A stretch of DNA of 64,000 bases, taken from Tubulanus polymorphus (Eukaryota; Animalia; Nemertea). The notes beneath the pieces are model-generated. The model saw only the letters and a list, made by a program, of their open reading frames with translations. It was not told the origin of the DNA and ran no database searches. The first letter of the stretch is position 1. The number at the start of each line of letters is the position of its first letter. Of this stretch, positions 1 to 11,900 are shown one piece after another. The translations under genes were made by a program, and so were the position numbers. The stretch spans positions 8,960,485 to 9,024,484 of the forward strand of contig NC_134027.1 of the NCBI RefSeq assembly GCF_964204645.1, in the 5' to 3' direction.

Positions 1-19
1 GCCCCCGCACACTAGGTTA

Positions 20-1250
20 AAAGTTCACTCTTTGGTAACCGAACCAGCAGGGCCATGAACCAAACGTTGACTCTTAGGTCACAAAACCAGGGCTGTGGAC
101 CAAAAGTTCACTCTTTGGTAACCAAACCGGTGCGGTGAACCAAACATTGACTCTTTGGTCACCAAACCAAGGCTGTGCATCAAAGGTTGACTCAGGTCAC
201 CAAACCAGTGCGGCGGACCAAACATTGACTCTTTGGTCACCAAACCAAGGCTGTGCATCAAAGGTTGACTCAGGTCACCAAACCAGTGCGGCGAACCAAA
301 CATTGACTCTTTGGTCACCAAACCAAGGCTGTGCATCAAAGGTTGACTCAGGTCACCAAACCAGTGCGGCGAACCAAACGTTGACTCTTTGGTCACCAAA
401 CCAAGGCTGTGCATCAAAGGTTGACTCAGGTCACCAAACCAGTGCAGTGGACCAAACATTGACTCTTTGGTCACCAAACCAAGGCTGTGCATCAAAGGTT
501 GACTCAGGTCACCAAACCAGTGCGGTGAACCAAACATTGACTCTTTGGTCACCAAACCAAGGCTGTGTGTCAAAGGTTGACTCAGGTCACCAAACCAGTG
601 CGGTGAACCAAATATTGACTCTTTGGTCACCAAACCAAGGCTGTGCATCAAAGGTTAACTCAGGTCACCAAACCAGGGCCGTGAACCAAACATTGAATCT
701 TAGGTCACCAAACCAGGGCTGTGAACCAAAGTTTGACTCCTTGGTTACCAAACCAGTGCAAGAACCAAACAATGAATCTTAGGTCACCAAACAAGGGCAG
801 TGAACCAAACTTTGACTCTTTGGTCACCAAACCAGGGCTGTGAACCAAAGTTTTACTGCTTGGTTACCAAACCAGGCTGTGAACCAAACTTTGAAACTTT
901 GGTCACCAATCCAGGGCCGTTAACCAAACTTTGACTCTTTATTGTCACTAAACAGGGTCCGATCTAAGGAATAAAAACCATTTGCCCGGCAAGCATAAGC
1001 ATATCTGAAATTTTACTTGCCCCCCTCCAAAATCTATTTGCCCTACACGCAGTCCAACTGTTGTATCAATTGGGAAAAAGCTTTGGGACAAAGAAATACA
1101 CTAGCCCGGAGGACAAGTGATAATGATAACCTACTTGCCCTTATGATAATATACTTGTCCCGGCCAATCAGACAAGTGCTTAGATTGGACCCTGCTAAAC
1201 CAGGGCCGTGAACCAAACTTTGACTCTTTGGTCACCAAACCAGGGTCATG
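20..1250. repeat. Tandem satellite/minisatellite, 78-bp higher-order unit made of two related ~39-40 bp monomers (GGTCACCAAACC... core)
   Basis: Alternating monomers ggtcaccaaaccagtgcggcgaaccaaacattgactcttt (40) and ggtcaccaaaccaaggctgtgcatcaaaggttgactca (38). Near-identical over ~135-660, decaying to ~40-bp monomers to ~940 and resuming at 1195-1250 after an insertion. Explains ORFs 79..651 and 135..782 (26-aa periodicity). Confidence 0.95.
953..1194. mobile_element. 242-bp MITE inserted into the satellite, 16-bp TIRs, 5-bp TSD
   Basis: Left end cagggtccgatctaag, right end cttagattggaccctg (1 mismatch). CTAAA flanks both sides (948-952, 1195-1199). Removing it restores a satellite monomer. 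Confidence 0.85.
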
Positions 1251-1931
1251 AATGAAATGTCTTAAGCTATAAAAGTCTATGAGAACACAATTTATTTCTG
1301 TTGTCTTCACGAATCTATTTGAGAATGAACTGATTAACGTGGACCTAATGACGTTGTTAATGTAAAAATCATCCGTATACAATATTGTATAACAAGTGCT
1401 GCTGCTACTGGTTTTATTGGCAGCTGTGAGGGATTCTCTAAATCACCAAACGTGTTATTGCTGCTTATCTCTACAAGACATATAAATATGACGTATGAAT
1501 TCGAATATGATCCCAGTTGGAACTGACAAAAAGACAAATGATAAAATGAGAAAAGCCAATAAGAAAAAGCCATATGAAAAGAAAATATGAAGCAGTATGA
1601 AACAGTATAAAATGCTGATATAAAGAGTGGGGTCCGAGAGCAATTCGAAGGTTTAGTGTCCTGCACGCTTAGAGGGCGGGCAGGGGTCTATCCTACCTCG
1701 ACTCAAAAAAAAAATTCTGTGTGCTGAAACTAAAAAGAATGAAAAAGGAAAAATGGCTAATGAAGAAATATGGCTGTAGTCTTATTGCTGGGTTCAAGTG
1801 ATACTTAAAAAGACAATGAAACCGATTGTTTATTATCTATTTTTTAACATATAGACATAGGCAGTTTATAAACATTGATTGAATAATCTTATGAAAAGGA
1901 TTCCATTAAACAACTTGCTCATATAAAGCCT

Positions 1932-2135
1932 CTAGTAGTAGTAGTGGTAGTAGTAGTAGTAGTAGTAGGGTGATAGAAATGTCTTATCTGACTATCAACT
2001 GCCATTGGTCCACAACGGTTTCATAATGACATGCTGAATTCGTGAGGTAACATGAATAGCCTTGTTAGTTCTTGATCTATCGAATCGGCCATCATTCTTG
2101 TCCTTGGTTTGTGTTTGCCCTCTACACAACACCCA
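1932..2135 (-). mobile_element. Possible degenerate LINE (RTE-like) 3' end with (CTA)n tail
   Basis: (TAG)n microsatellite at 1932-1967. The minus strand just upstream reads VEGKHKPRTRMM..DSI, loosely like the RTE C-terminal VEGKRPRGRP..RW.D.I motif. Confidence 0.3.
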
Positions 2136-2214
2136 AATAATACCAATGTATAGTCATATAATTACTTATAGGAGGGCTAAGAAAAAATAGGAATAATTTG
2201 AATATATTCCTAAT

Positions 2215-2254
2215 AAGAGTCAAAGTTTGGTTCACGGCCCTGGTTTGGTGACCA
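2215..2254 (-). repeat. Single inverted copy of the satellite monomer
   Basis: aagagtcaaagtttggttcacggccctggtttggtgacca is the reverse complement of tggtcaccaaaccagggccgtgaaccaaactttgactctt. Confidence 0.9.
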
Positions 2255-2498
2255 ATTGATAAAGAAATCATCTATAGAAATGAGGCCTTGTGATTTTCGA
2301 CACTGATTAGTTTATGAACATGGTATTTGATCATTTGAATTCCTTCATCTCTGAGACTAGTGAATGATTGCAATCGATTAAGCATTTATAGTTGTTAATT
2401 CAATTGATATGATTGTGAAAAATGGCATATCTTTCTTGAGTTACTGTACAGATGAGTGATGTCCTAGGAAGAGACGAGAGTTGAGGAGGCTTGATCGG

Positions 2499-3075
2499 AG
2501 GGCATTGAGGGAAGCTAGGTGGGCGGGCATTGAGGGAGGCTAGGTGGGCGGGCATTGAGGGAGGCTAGGTGGGAGGGCATTGAGGGAGGCTAGGTGGGCG
2601 GGCATTGAGGGAGGCTAGGTGGGAGGGCATTGAGGGAGGCTAGGTGGGCGGGTATTGAGGGAGGGCTTGGTGGGGGCATTAGGGTAGGGTGGGATGGATG
2701 GGGTTCGGGGGAGGGCGGGAGGTATGGGGTCTGGGAGGGAGGTATGGGGTCTGGGACGGGGAAGGAAGGGGTCTGGGAGGGTGGGAGGGAGGGGGTTTGG
2801 GAGGGGAGAGGGATGGGATTAGGGAGGGGGGAGGGAAGGGGTTTGGGAGGTTGGGAGGGAAGGGGTTTGGGAGGGGGGAAGGGGTTTGGGAGGCGCGAGG
2901 CGGGAGGGAAGGGGTTTGGGAGGCGGGAGGGAAGGGGTCTGGGAGGTTGGGGAGGGAAGGGGTTTGTGAGGGGGGAGGGAAGGGGTTTGGGAGGGGGAGG
3001 GATGGGGTTGGGGGGGAGGGAAGGGGTCTGGGAGGGCGGGAGGGATGGGGTCTGGGAGGGCCGGGACGGGAGGTT
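2499..3075. repeat. G-rich minisatellite (25-bp unit gggcattgagggaggctaggtgggc, ~6.5 copies) grading into G-rich low complexity (gggaaggggtttgggag-like)
   Basis: 25-bp periodicity over 2499-2665, then dense G-runs to ~3075. Explains the Gly-rich ORFs 2630..3082 and 2689..3105. Confidence 0.9.
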
Positions 3076-3672
3076 AGATTGAAGTGTTACGATGTTTTTA
3101 GTTAGACAGTTGGGAATTGTGAAGATGAGAGAACAAATAACTGTTCAATCACAAGATGAAGTAATGTAATGATCTGTACTCTGTATCTGCACTCAATGTT
3201 ACATGTATCAGTAACTGTTCAATCAGTCCGAAATCTACAGCAAAGTTGTGAACACATTTGATTGTAATTGGAACATAATTGATTACAGTGTTGTTGACAC
3301 CAGGGAACAGTTTGTGATTTGAGATGTTGCCAGCAGCTCTGTGATGACTGATTATTGTTTCTTTTTCTTTGAGAATGAAATAAACGCAATGGATTCTACC
3401 TGGTACTATCTAAAAGTTAAGTTCAAAGCTAATGATGAATTTCTCTACAGAATTCTCAGGAGTTTATTTCGACGATTTGAATTATTTTTCAACTAAAAAC
3501 TGCTGTTATAATCTCATCTGCTGTTTTACTCATTTCAGAAACACACAGCACCAGCAGCTGGTAAAACCTGTTTGGGAAATAGATCATCAGTATTCTTTGT
3601 CTTTCTGTTTATTTTTCATATCACAGCAGTTTGAGGTGAGTTTTCAATCATTTTATCATTGAATTTTATGTT

Positions 3673-5545
3673 TTTCATAACAACTTAACTGACAATTTAT
3701 AGCATTTATGCATTTGTAGGAGCCAAAATAAGCGGAACCTTTGACAGAATCTGTGAACACTTACAATTGGAATTCACTGAAGATTTGTAAATGATGGACA
3801 TTGATTTAGATCCTTTCATTTCAAGCATCAGTAAATATATCTGCAGATTCCTGTCTCTATAAAACTTGCTACTGTTTGACTAAATGTATGAAGTAATTTC
3901 CTGATAAAAATATTCTTTTATGACCTGAATGAATGAATTTTATTTTAGAGTATATTCTATGGCTACTCAGAAATCTGGATACAGTCAACACATGGTGGGT
4001 TTTCAGTGCGTAGAACATAAACAAGCTGCATTTTCTATTTATTTCACTAATTATTTCCTGGTATGATTTTTCTCTTTCCAGATTGCGGTGCAACCATTAC
4101 AAATTGTGCTGGAAAAATGTAAATTCACCTTCAAATAATGAGGAAGCTTGTTATTGTTGCTGAAGCTGCTATTTCATGAGAAACTAAGTAATTTTCCCTA
4201 TACAATTCAATCTAGTATTCTATGCAACTTTACTGTTCAATCATACATGTATTTATTTTTTTTCAGGAAATCGTCAGTGCTCTTATCTTTATGACATTAT
4301 GGCTCTTTGGAAGTGAAATCCTGCAGGAAATGAAAATAGCATGGTCAAAAGGCACTAATCTAATCCGATATAAGTCTGGAAATGGTGAGCTTTGCTCTAA
4401 TTTGATAATAACCTAGCAATACATCATCTATCCAGTATTTTTGTGTCATTCTCTCAAAAGCTTTGTAAGAAGTGAGCTGCTACATTGCGTATCAAAATTC
4501 TTTATTTCACTTATCAATTTTCTCTTGACAGAATAAAGTTCATCATTAGAATTTACAGCTCCTGAAATTTACAGCAAGACCTGGTTCAAAGTTCACCTCG
4601 AACATATTGCTAGATTCTCCTTAAAATGTAGCCTAATAGTTCTGCAAACAAGTGAGACGAAAGCTGTAAGCTTCAATCTGAAACAGATCTTATTTCATAA
4701 CAACTTAATTGACAATTTCTAACATTAATACTTTTGTATTTTAGGAGCCTCAATAAGCGGAACCCCTGACAGAATCTGTAAACACTAGATGCTAGGAATT
4801 CACTGAAGATCTGTTAATGGTGGACATTGCTTTAGATCCTCAAAACAAGCACCAGTAAATATTTCTGCAGATTCCAGTCTCTATAAGACTTACTGTTGTT
4901 GCTGTAAATTTCAGATAAGGTGAATTTTCAATCACTTTTTTCCTGCTCGAAGTTAGAATTATCAAGTCAAAATTATATAACTTCTGTATTTTAGTGGCCG
5001 ATATGAAGTTGAACCTTTGCAAATCTGCAAACAGTAAACCTGCGTTCTACAAATCAAACACTAGATGGAAGCAGTAAGTGTTATATCAATTTATTGCAGT
5101 GATTTATGGTGATTTATCAGTTATAAAGTATATTTAGTAAAGTATCATTTTCTGTCTGATTTCAGGAGATGTATCTTGAGATGTGTGATAAATGCCTGGT
5201 GGGTTTTCTGTTAATTCACCACAAACGCGCTGCAGTTTCTATTTATTTCACCAATTATTATCTGGCATAATTTTTCTCTCCAGAATGCGATGCACCAGAC
5301 ACGAATTGCAGCTGGAGAAATCGAGAATATTCACCTTCAAATATTGAAGAAGCTCGTTGTTGCTGAAGTTGCTATTATTTCTTTAAGAAACCAAGTAGTT
5401 TTCTCTACACGATTCAACCTGGTTCTTGCTTGATATAAAACTTTGCGTTTCAATCACTTGTAAATTCTTTTTTTTTCAGTAAATCCCCAGCCAGTTCTCT
5501 TAACTTTATGACATTATGACTCTTGGAAGTGAAATCCTGCTAGAA
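3673..5545. repeat. Diverged direct duplication (~3673-4330 vs ~4693-5545)
   Basis: Shared blocks such as tttcataacaacttaa..., ataagcggaacc..tgacagaatctgt.aacact, ggaattcactgaagat, tttctatttatttcac.aattatt, ttcaccttcaaata.tga.gaagct and ctttatgacattatg.ctc..tggaagtgaaatcctgc occur in both copies in the same order. Confidence 0.85.
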
Positions 5546-7479
5546 ATGGTTTGGTCTGCATGGTCAAAATGGTACAATACTTAAAAGACTGCCATCAGAT
5601 AAACACAAGATTGAAAATGGTTGGTTTTCTTATAGTATTTATCCCCAATTTCTGACTGCTAGAATTTTGTAAATACAATGCTAATTGTTCTCATGGTATG
5701 ATTTTTTTTTCAGCATGAAATTTGTCCGATAGAACAGTTTGAAAGTTGATCAGAGATTGAATAATGGTGTTTAATTATTTCGAGTTCTGTATGGTAACTA
5801 TAAAACTCTTATGAAATTCCCACAACTGTTAATTAAATTCAACATTTTCAAATTTTCTCTATTCCAGGACGAAGTGGGGAACCAATATGCCATTTGACAG
5901 GGACACGGACCAAGACGCCATCTGCCTTGAGATTGATATACTGCCACTTACTTCAGACCTCTGCAATTTCAATGTTTTAAGACAAATGAAAATCTTTATA
6001 TTGTGCCTGCAATTTTAAAGTTTAAAGCCAAACGAAAATGTTTATATTGTGCTGGCCAGTACGGACCTACTGTTGTTCTGTTTGTAATGGTTTCATTGAC
6101 ATGAATCATGTATCCATCAAAACAATGGAGTCATCCCCTGATACATCTCACAATGTTGTGACGTCATTTTTGCTGTAGTAATAGCCTGTTCACTAACTCG
6201 GGCGTAGAAATAGTTGATAAAAACCCGCTATATACAAGTTTGAAAGATATGACACTTAATTTATTTATCAAGAATCAGAATCAAATTGAACTCTCAACCT
6301 AAGCACTTAACACCCCCACGCTTTTCTTTTTCAATTCACTTTTTCCTATTCCCCCTGTTTTAGTTATTTCTTCACATCTGACAATGGTCTCTAGAGAGAC
6401 TCCAAAACGTTGTGTTCTTCTTTTAGATTTGTACTGTAGGTTTTCATTGTATTTTGATTTTTACTGGAAATTGAAGATCAACGATGGGTTTTCTGAGATG
6501 GATCAAGGGCATGAGATATTTTACAAACTCCATGTAATTGCATTAGTTAGTAATAGTTTCTACTTCAGAATCCAGTTCCACTGTTCTGGACGTGTTAGTA
6601 TAAACTTGTATAATACAATAAACCAGCTTAATTCGTATCTACGAATTTCTTTTCTACGAATTAGAAATTATACAGATTATTGTTAATTCGTATTGTCTAT
6701 GAATTATGTATAATTCGTAGAATTAACGATTTATCGATTAATTCATATAAACTACGAATAAAAACCAGCTAAAATTTGTTTCCACTGGCATTGGAACAAA
6801 CTCCGCGCTACGGCCATTCAGTGTTCAGACTTGACTGACAAGTAATTGATAAGCTTGCCAATTACTGCCAGCAGGCGGAACAATGGGATAGAATTACGCG
6901 TCGTATTTTCTTTTGTGTTTAAGAAAAGGGACCGTGGATACGGCTACGAATTACGAAGTACGAATTAACCGATAGAAATTAACGGGAATAACGAAGGAAC
7001 AAAAAGGGGCCTTTCATTTTTATACGAATTAGGTACGGTAGCTATACAAATATACCGTCGACGAATTAAGCGAGTTGTTGACTACTGTGATGGGCTTGTA
7101 GTCCGCAGTCAATGAAAGTTGACAAATATTGACAGGTTTTCTTTTATCATGTGACTACCCTTGATTTTGTACGAACTGTTGTGATCGTGTTATTTGAAAT
7201 AAATATATATTTTCTCTGTTGTTCCATTTATGGTTACAGACACCAGCAGTTTTATAGACTCTGCGTCACGTACATGATAAACCTTACGTATGTGATAAAC
7301 CTACATCCATAGGTTCAGTTTCATAAAAATGATTTGGGTTTTTAAGAAACCGAGCCGAAGGTCCAACAATTGCGTAAGAACATGTACCGGTATTTTGTTT
7401 TCAAGAAACAATCCAGACATTGATTCCTCTGTTCGTTAAACGTATCCTGTGGACCCGGTTTCACTAACAGTTGAACTAA

Positions 7480-7750
7480 GATAGGTGAGGAGCGCGTCTC
7501 CCACTGGCTGATATATGGGTTTCGTGATTTGTTAATTGTCGGAGCCAGCCTGCACTCTCCATTGACCCGCGTTAGCGCTTACTTCCGTTGTAAATAAATA
7601 CCCATGGCGCACATTACGGTTTCTGTCTAAGAATAGGCCTGTTTGTAGACGAGTTTCTGTTCTGAATACTCGGCCGTACGTAAAGACTCCAGACACCATC
7701 ATTTTGATTTACACATGACTTAAAAACGTGAGATAAACCTGATGGTAAGT
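7480..7750 (+). promoter_or_regulatory. Candidate LRRCC1 promoter and non-coding first exon
   Basis: Locally CpG-richer stretch with ACTTCCG (ETS-like, ~7581) and CCATGGCG (YY1-like, ~7602). Strong donor G|GTAAGT at 7744/7745. If spliced to the 8692 acceptor, an in-frame TGA (7729) precedes the ATG at 8694. A NRF1-like TGCGCATGCGC lies at 8493-8503. Confidence 0.45.
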
Positions 7751-7889
7751 GATCGATTTTGATCCCGTTTATATTACTGTAGTAGTAATACTAAAATAAG
7801 ATAAATGCTATGCTAGATCCGATCCTATAGCCGAGTCGTACACAAAATGACAGCTTTTTCAATCGATGAAGCTTGGTCTGAAGATCAGA

Positions 7890-7985
7890 AGGGTTAGTAT
7901 CAAGAGGGTTTAGGGTTACGGTTAGGGTTTTGGGTTAGGTTTAGAGGCTTTAGGTTTATTTCTATAAGGTAGCTTAGGGTAAGGC
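7890..7985. repeat. Degenerate TTAGGG-like repeat tract
   Basis: gggtttagggttacggttagggttttgggttaggtttag...ttagggtaagg. Confidence 0.6.
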
Positions 7986-8693
7986 TACATCTTGATCTTG
8001 ATTAAATGCGTCGTCGTCGAGTATCCTTATTAGGCGTATAACGACGGGTGAGAGAGGGCGTGCGAGGATGTCAAAAGTATCTTCTTATGCCTTGTTGAAA
8101 GGCGCAGGAATCGCTGGCAGAGGCGATAGCCTCTTCTAATTGGTTCCACTCAGCGGTAGTACGCACAAAGAAAGAGTTTTTGTACTGGTCTTTCCTGCTG
8201 AACGGCACTTTAAAACACCTAATTAGAGTGATTGTACACTGTTCTCTGTACTAGATTTGTAGCTTCAAATTCTCTCAGGTGTCCAGTTTTTATTTTCTTC
8301 CTGTTTGCACGAACTGGTTCGAGAAACTGGTCGGGTGGAAGTGCCGGTACTAGACCCCCAACAATCTTATACATAAGCTACATGAATTTATAAAATCAGT
8401 GGTTCCGAAAGCTAGCGAGTGCTGTGGGATAACGTTAGGCTTACACTGTCGTGTAGGCCCTATGCAAGAGTTTTCTAAGACCAGGCAGTCAATGCGCATG
8501 CGCGATAAGTCAGTTATAGGATCTAACATCTACCCTGTAAAAATTGGGGATGAACTTCTATTGTGATAACCGATAAATCGTTCTATCTATTTATTTTGTT
8601 CTAATCGGTTTATATCGAAGTCAAAATAACAAGGTTCCTATGTATGTATTTTTTCTAATGTATTATAAAATTATTTATTTCTATTTTACAGAG

Positions 8694-8977
8694 ATGAACG
8701 CAATCGGCGACCCCAATGCGACGGAACTGTGTCTTATGGATGCTGGCATCCACGACCTGCACAGTCTTCCATTACCGGACAAACTTCAGTCTCTCATCCT
8801 CCATTGCAACTCGATCAAGACTGTCGACAGTCTCAGTCATTTGAGCTGTCTTCGCCATTTAGACCTGTCATCGAATCAGATTGCGTTGCTATCCGGTTTA
8901 GAAAATCTTGCATCCCTGACTGTATTAAACTTGTCTTGTAATAACATCAAGGTCATACAAGGATTAGAATGCCTTAG
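8694..8977 (+). CDS. LRRCC1: LRRCC1 coding exon 1 (LRRs)
   Basis: Acceptor ttttacag at 8691, ATG 8694, MNAIGDPNATELCLMDAGI...IQGLECLR, donor AG|gtactg. Confidence 0.92.
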
Positions 8978-11900
8978 GTACTGTATATGTACAGTAAAAA
9001 TTGAATTAAGTTAGGCTAATAATTAGGCAATTATTGCCGGGGGGGGGGGGGCAATTGGCTTGCTCAAAAGTTGGTTAGAGTTACACTTCCCTGGTTGGAG
9101 TTAACCAGTGGCTACCTGACATGATGATAATTAAAAGTTCATTGTCAGATTAAATACGGACTAGATACTATAAAATATAGAAATCAGATTTTTTATTTTT
9201 AAAAATTAAGTAGAATAATATAGCATTGATGATTATTTAATTCTGATATAGTGATAGCATTAATTCTTACAATGTTTTATAGTAATTTGTTTGGTTAGAG
9301 ATTCTATTTTTGACTGGAACTGGAAGCTTTTTTCCATGTTTGTTTGTCGGTTGTCTTTGACCAACTTTCGAGCAACTGGCCTCTGCTTTTCTTATAATAA
9401 CAATTATTGTCAACTTGACCAAAGAGGATACAATTCATCGAATACTTGCTTCTCTACTTGAGAGCTAACCACTGAGACCGCTGTTTTCTGTCATTACAAT
9501 TTCAACCACCTTTCACTTTTGCAGATCTTTGGTATCGATAAACTTGTCGTACAACGCGATAAATGATATTTCGGGATTCGTGTTGATGTCGGGATCGCAG
9601 TATGCCTTGCAAAAAGTCGAATTGCACGGTAACGATATCAAATCACAGGACGATGTTTTGCAAGCGTTTCTTGGGTGTCAGAATTTACTGCGGTTGACCC
9701 TTGCACAAGATGGTGCTAGTAACCCTGTCTGCTTGACTAAAGGTACTGGTATTTTTGTTTTCAGATGATCTGAATGCTGAGAAAGAGTCAGTTTTTGAAA
9801 TGTATACAATGCAGAGCTGCCAACACAATGTTACTGATTTTTAGTATTTGTTACTCATGGCGAGAAAAACCAATTTGATTTGATTAAAGCGTACAGACAT
9901 ATGAAAGATGTTACTGAAGGTCCTACTGTTTGATTACTGATATTGAATGGAACATTTTCTTTCTTATTTCAATGTAATGTCACCCGAAAAATTCTGATTA
10001 GTAACTGATATCGTTTATCAGCAGTTGGCAGCCCCGCATTTCTATTTTGTGCATTTCCAATCGTTGAATATTTAAACTTGTAACGATGGAACTGAAATTT
10101 ATTGGGAAATAGCAGATATGTAGAACTCAGTCCTCTATTTCCGATCTTACCGATCTCTTCAGGTTATCGCGATCGTGTGTTGTCGACTATACCTCAGTTG
10201 ATAGCCCTGGATAATATCGACAGACGCGGCAAGCTGCTGTCTGATAATCAGGACATCGAAATTCCAGGTTTCGAGGACTATATCGAATATTTGCAATCAT
10301 CGACAACCACTTCTAGCAATGTAAGTGATCAATCACGCTTTGGATCAATCGCCTTTTTTCTTGCAGTGATGTAGAGTTATCTAGTGATGATGAATTCGAT
10401 TTGACTTGGTTGAATACAGTAACGCAAGGGAAATCTCACTTAGTCGATGAAAAATTTGAAGAAAAAATTTTTCAGGATCCTCCGATGGTACCAACCCCTT
10501 GTATTGATGCAGCATTGAAAACCTTCCAACGTGAGACACGTATCGAAACGTCGAGCAGTACGGAAAAAGATATTTCTCCTGTAGCAAAGGTATTGCAAAT
10601 ACCATTATAAAAAAATACCTCCCAACTCGGATTTAGAAATGATTTTGGATTACCTGGTGGCAAATTGGCTGATAACCGGCTAATATGAATTATCTTGTTC
10701 ATCAACTGTCGCATCCAAATTTCTATGCAGTCATTCGTTATTTTTAGGGAGTGGATCAGTCATTCAACATGAATCAGGATCAAACAGACCGTATAGAAAA
10801 ACTGGAATTGCAGTTGGCCAATTTGATGAAACAGAAACTGGTAATATTTCATGATATCATAGTCGTGTGTTCTATTTTCGGTTCAGTAAAATCGGGCGTT
10901 CATCACATCCATCTATTCCATTTGCAGAATGAAAGATCCGGCAATTCATATTCCAGTTGTCCAAAGAGTCCTCACAGATTGCAAGCTGAGAAAGGTAAAT
11001 AATTGGGTCGGTTAGTGCATTTTGAATGTGTACACATACATTTTCTGTTCTTGCTGTTGAAACCAGTGATACCGTATTGTCGCGGGCGTTCCCCGCTTAT
11101 AATTCCAATATTTGTCTGAAACCCCAGGGGTGCTTTCCCGAGAGTTACCTGGCCAATGCACCCTCCAAATTTTCATTGAGGCAGCGTGGCATTCATTCTT
11201 ATCTTGCATAAGTATTGTTTGATAGGTGGCGTCATGGAAAATGTAGGGTTTGAGCTTGCTCAATACAAGAGATTTCGGTATCATTAAGAATGTGTCAAAA
11301 ACCCGGAAGATAAAACAAGGCTTAATTGTTTTGGTAAAGGTTCTTGTTTGTCATAACAAATAAAATCAGGGGAAGCAGACCAGGGTTTGTAAAATCAGAA
11401 ATCAACATATTAAATGGCATGGTTGCCCCAGAAGGGACGCTCGCCCAGGAGAATTTGATATAACCAATAATATCTGTTATAATATTCATGGCACCTTTTG
11501 TTTTATATGATATTTTCAGACTACTACAGCGGCAGTGATTCGAGTGTCAAATCGGAAACTCCAACGCAGAAAGGACGCAAACTCAGTAAAGATAGACGCG
11601 AGAAAAAGTAAGCTTCTCATCTGTTATAGGTGTTTAAACATCTGCTATTTTCTTGCACAGATTTACAAATGATTGAGAATGACGGCATGTTATTTCACCT
11701 ATGCTACTCATTGAGCAGCTGCTAATTGTTGAAAAAAATGGGGAAAATGTAGGGATTTATGAATATTACTGATAATGTGTCATGAGAAGAGCCGTTATGG
11801 TTTTAACTCTGCTGTGACCAAAGGTCAGCGGAACTGATGAGCAAGGGATTTACTTTGAATTGCTACTAGTCCAACACAGTTTCTATCAGATCAAGATGAA

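Noticed and set aside
79-782. 190-aa and 215-aa repetitive ORFs on opposite strands; array superficially CRISPR-like
   Set aside because: These are translations of a 78-bp tandem satellite. There are no unique spacers and no cas genes, and the context is eukaryotic.
2630-3105. Gly-rich ORFs
   Set aside because: By-products of G-rich low-complexity DNA.
7200-8690. RFX X-box expected for a ciliary/centriolar gene
   Set aside because: Only half-site-like words were seen; no convincing GTNRCC-N0-3-RGYAAC match by eye.
8640-8693. Upstream ATG of ORF 8640..9014
   Set aside because: Lies in the AT-rich/polypyrimidine tract before the acceptor at 8691, so it is most likely intronic.
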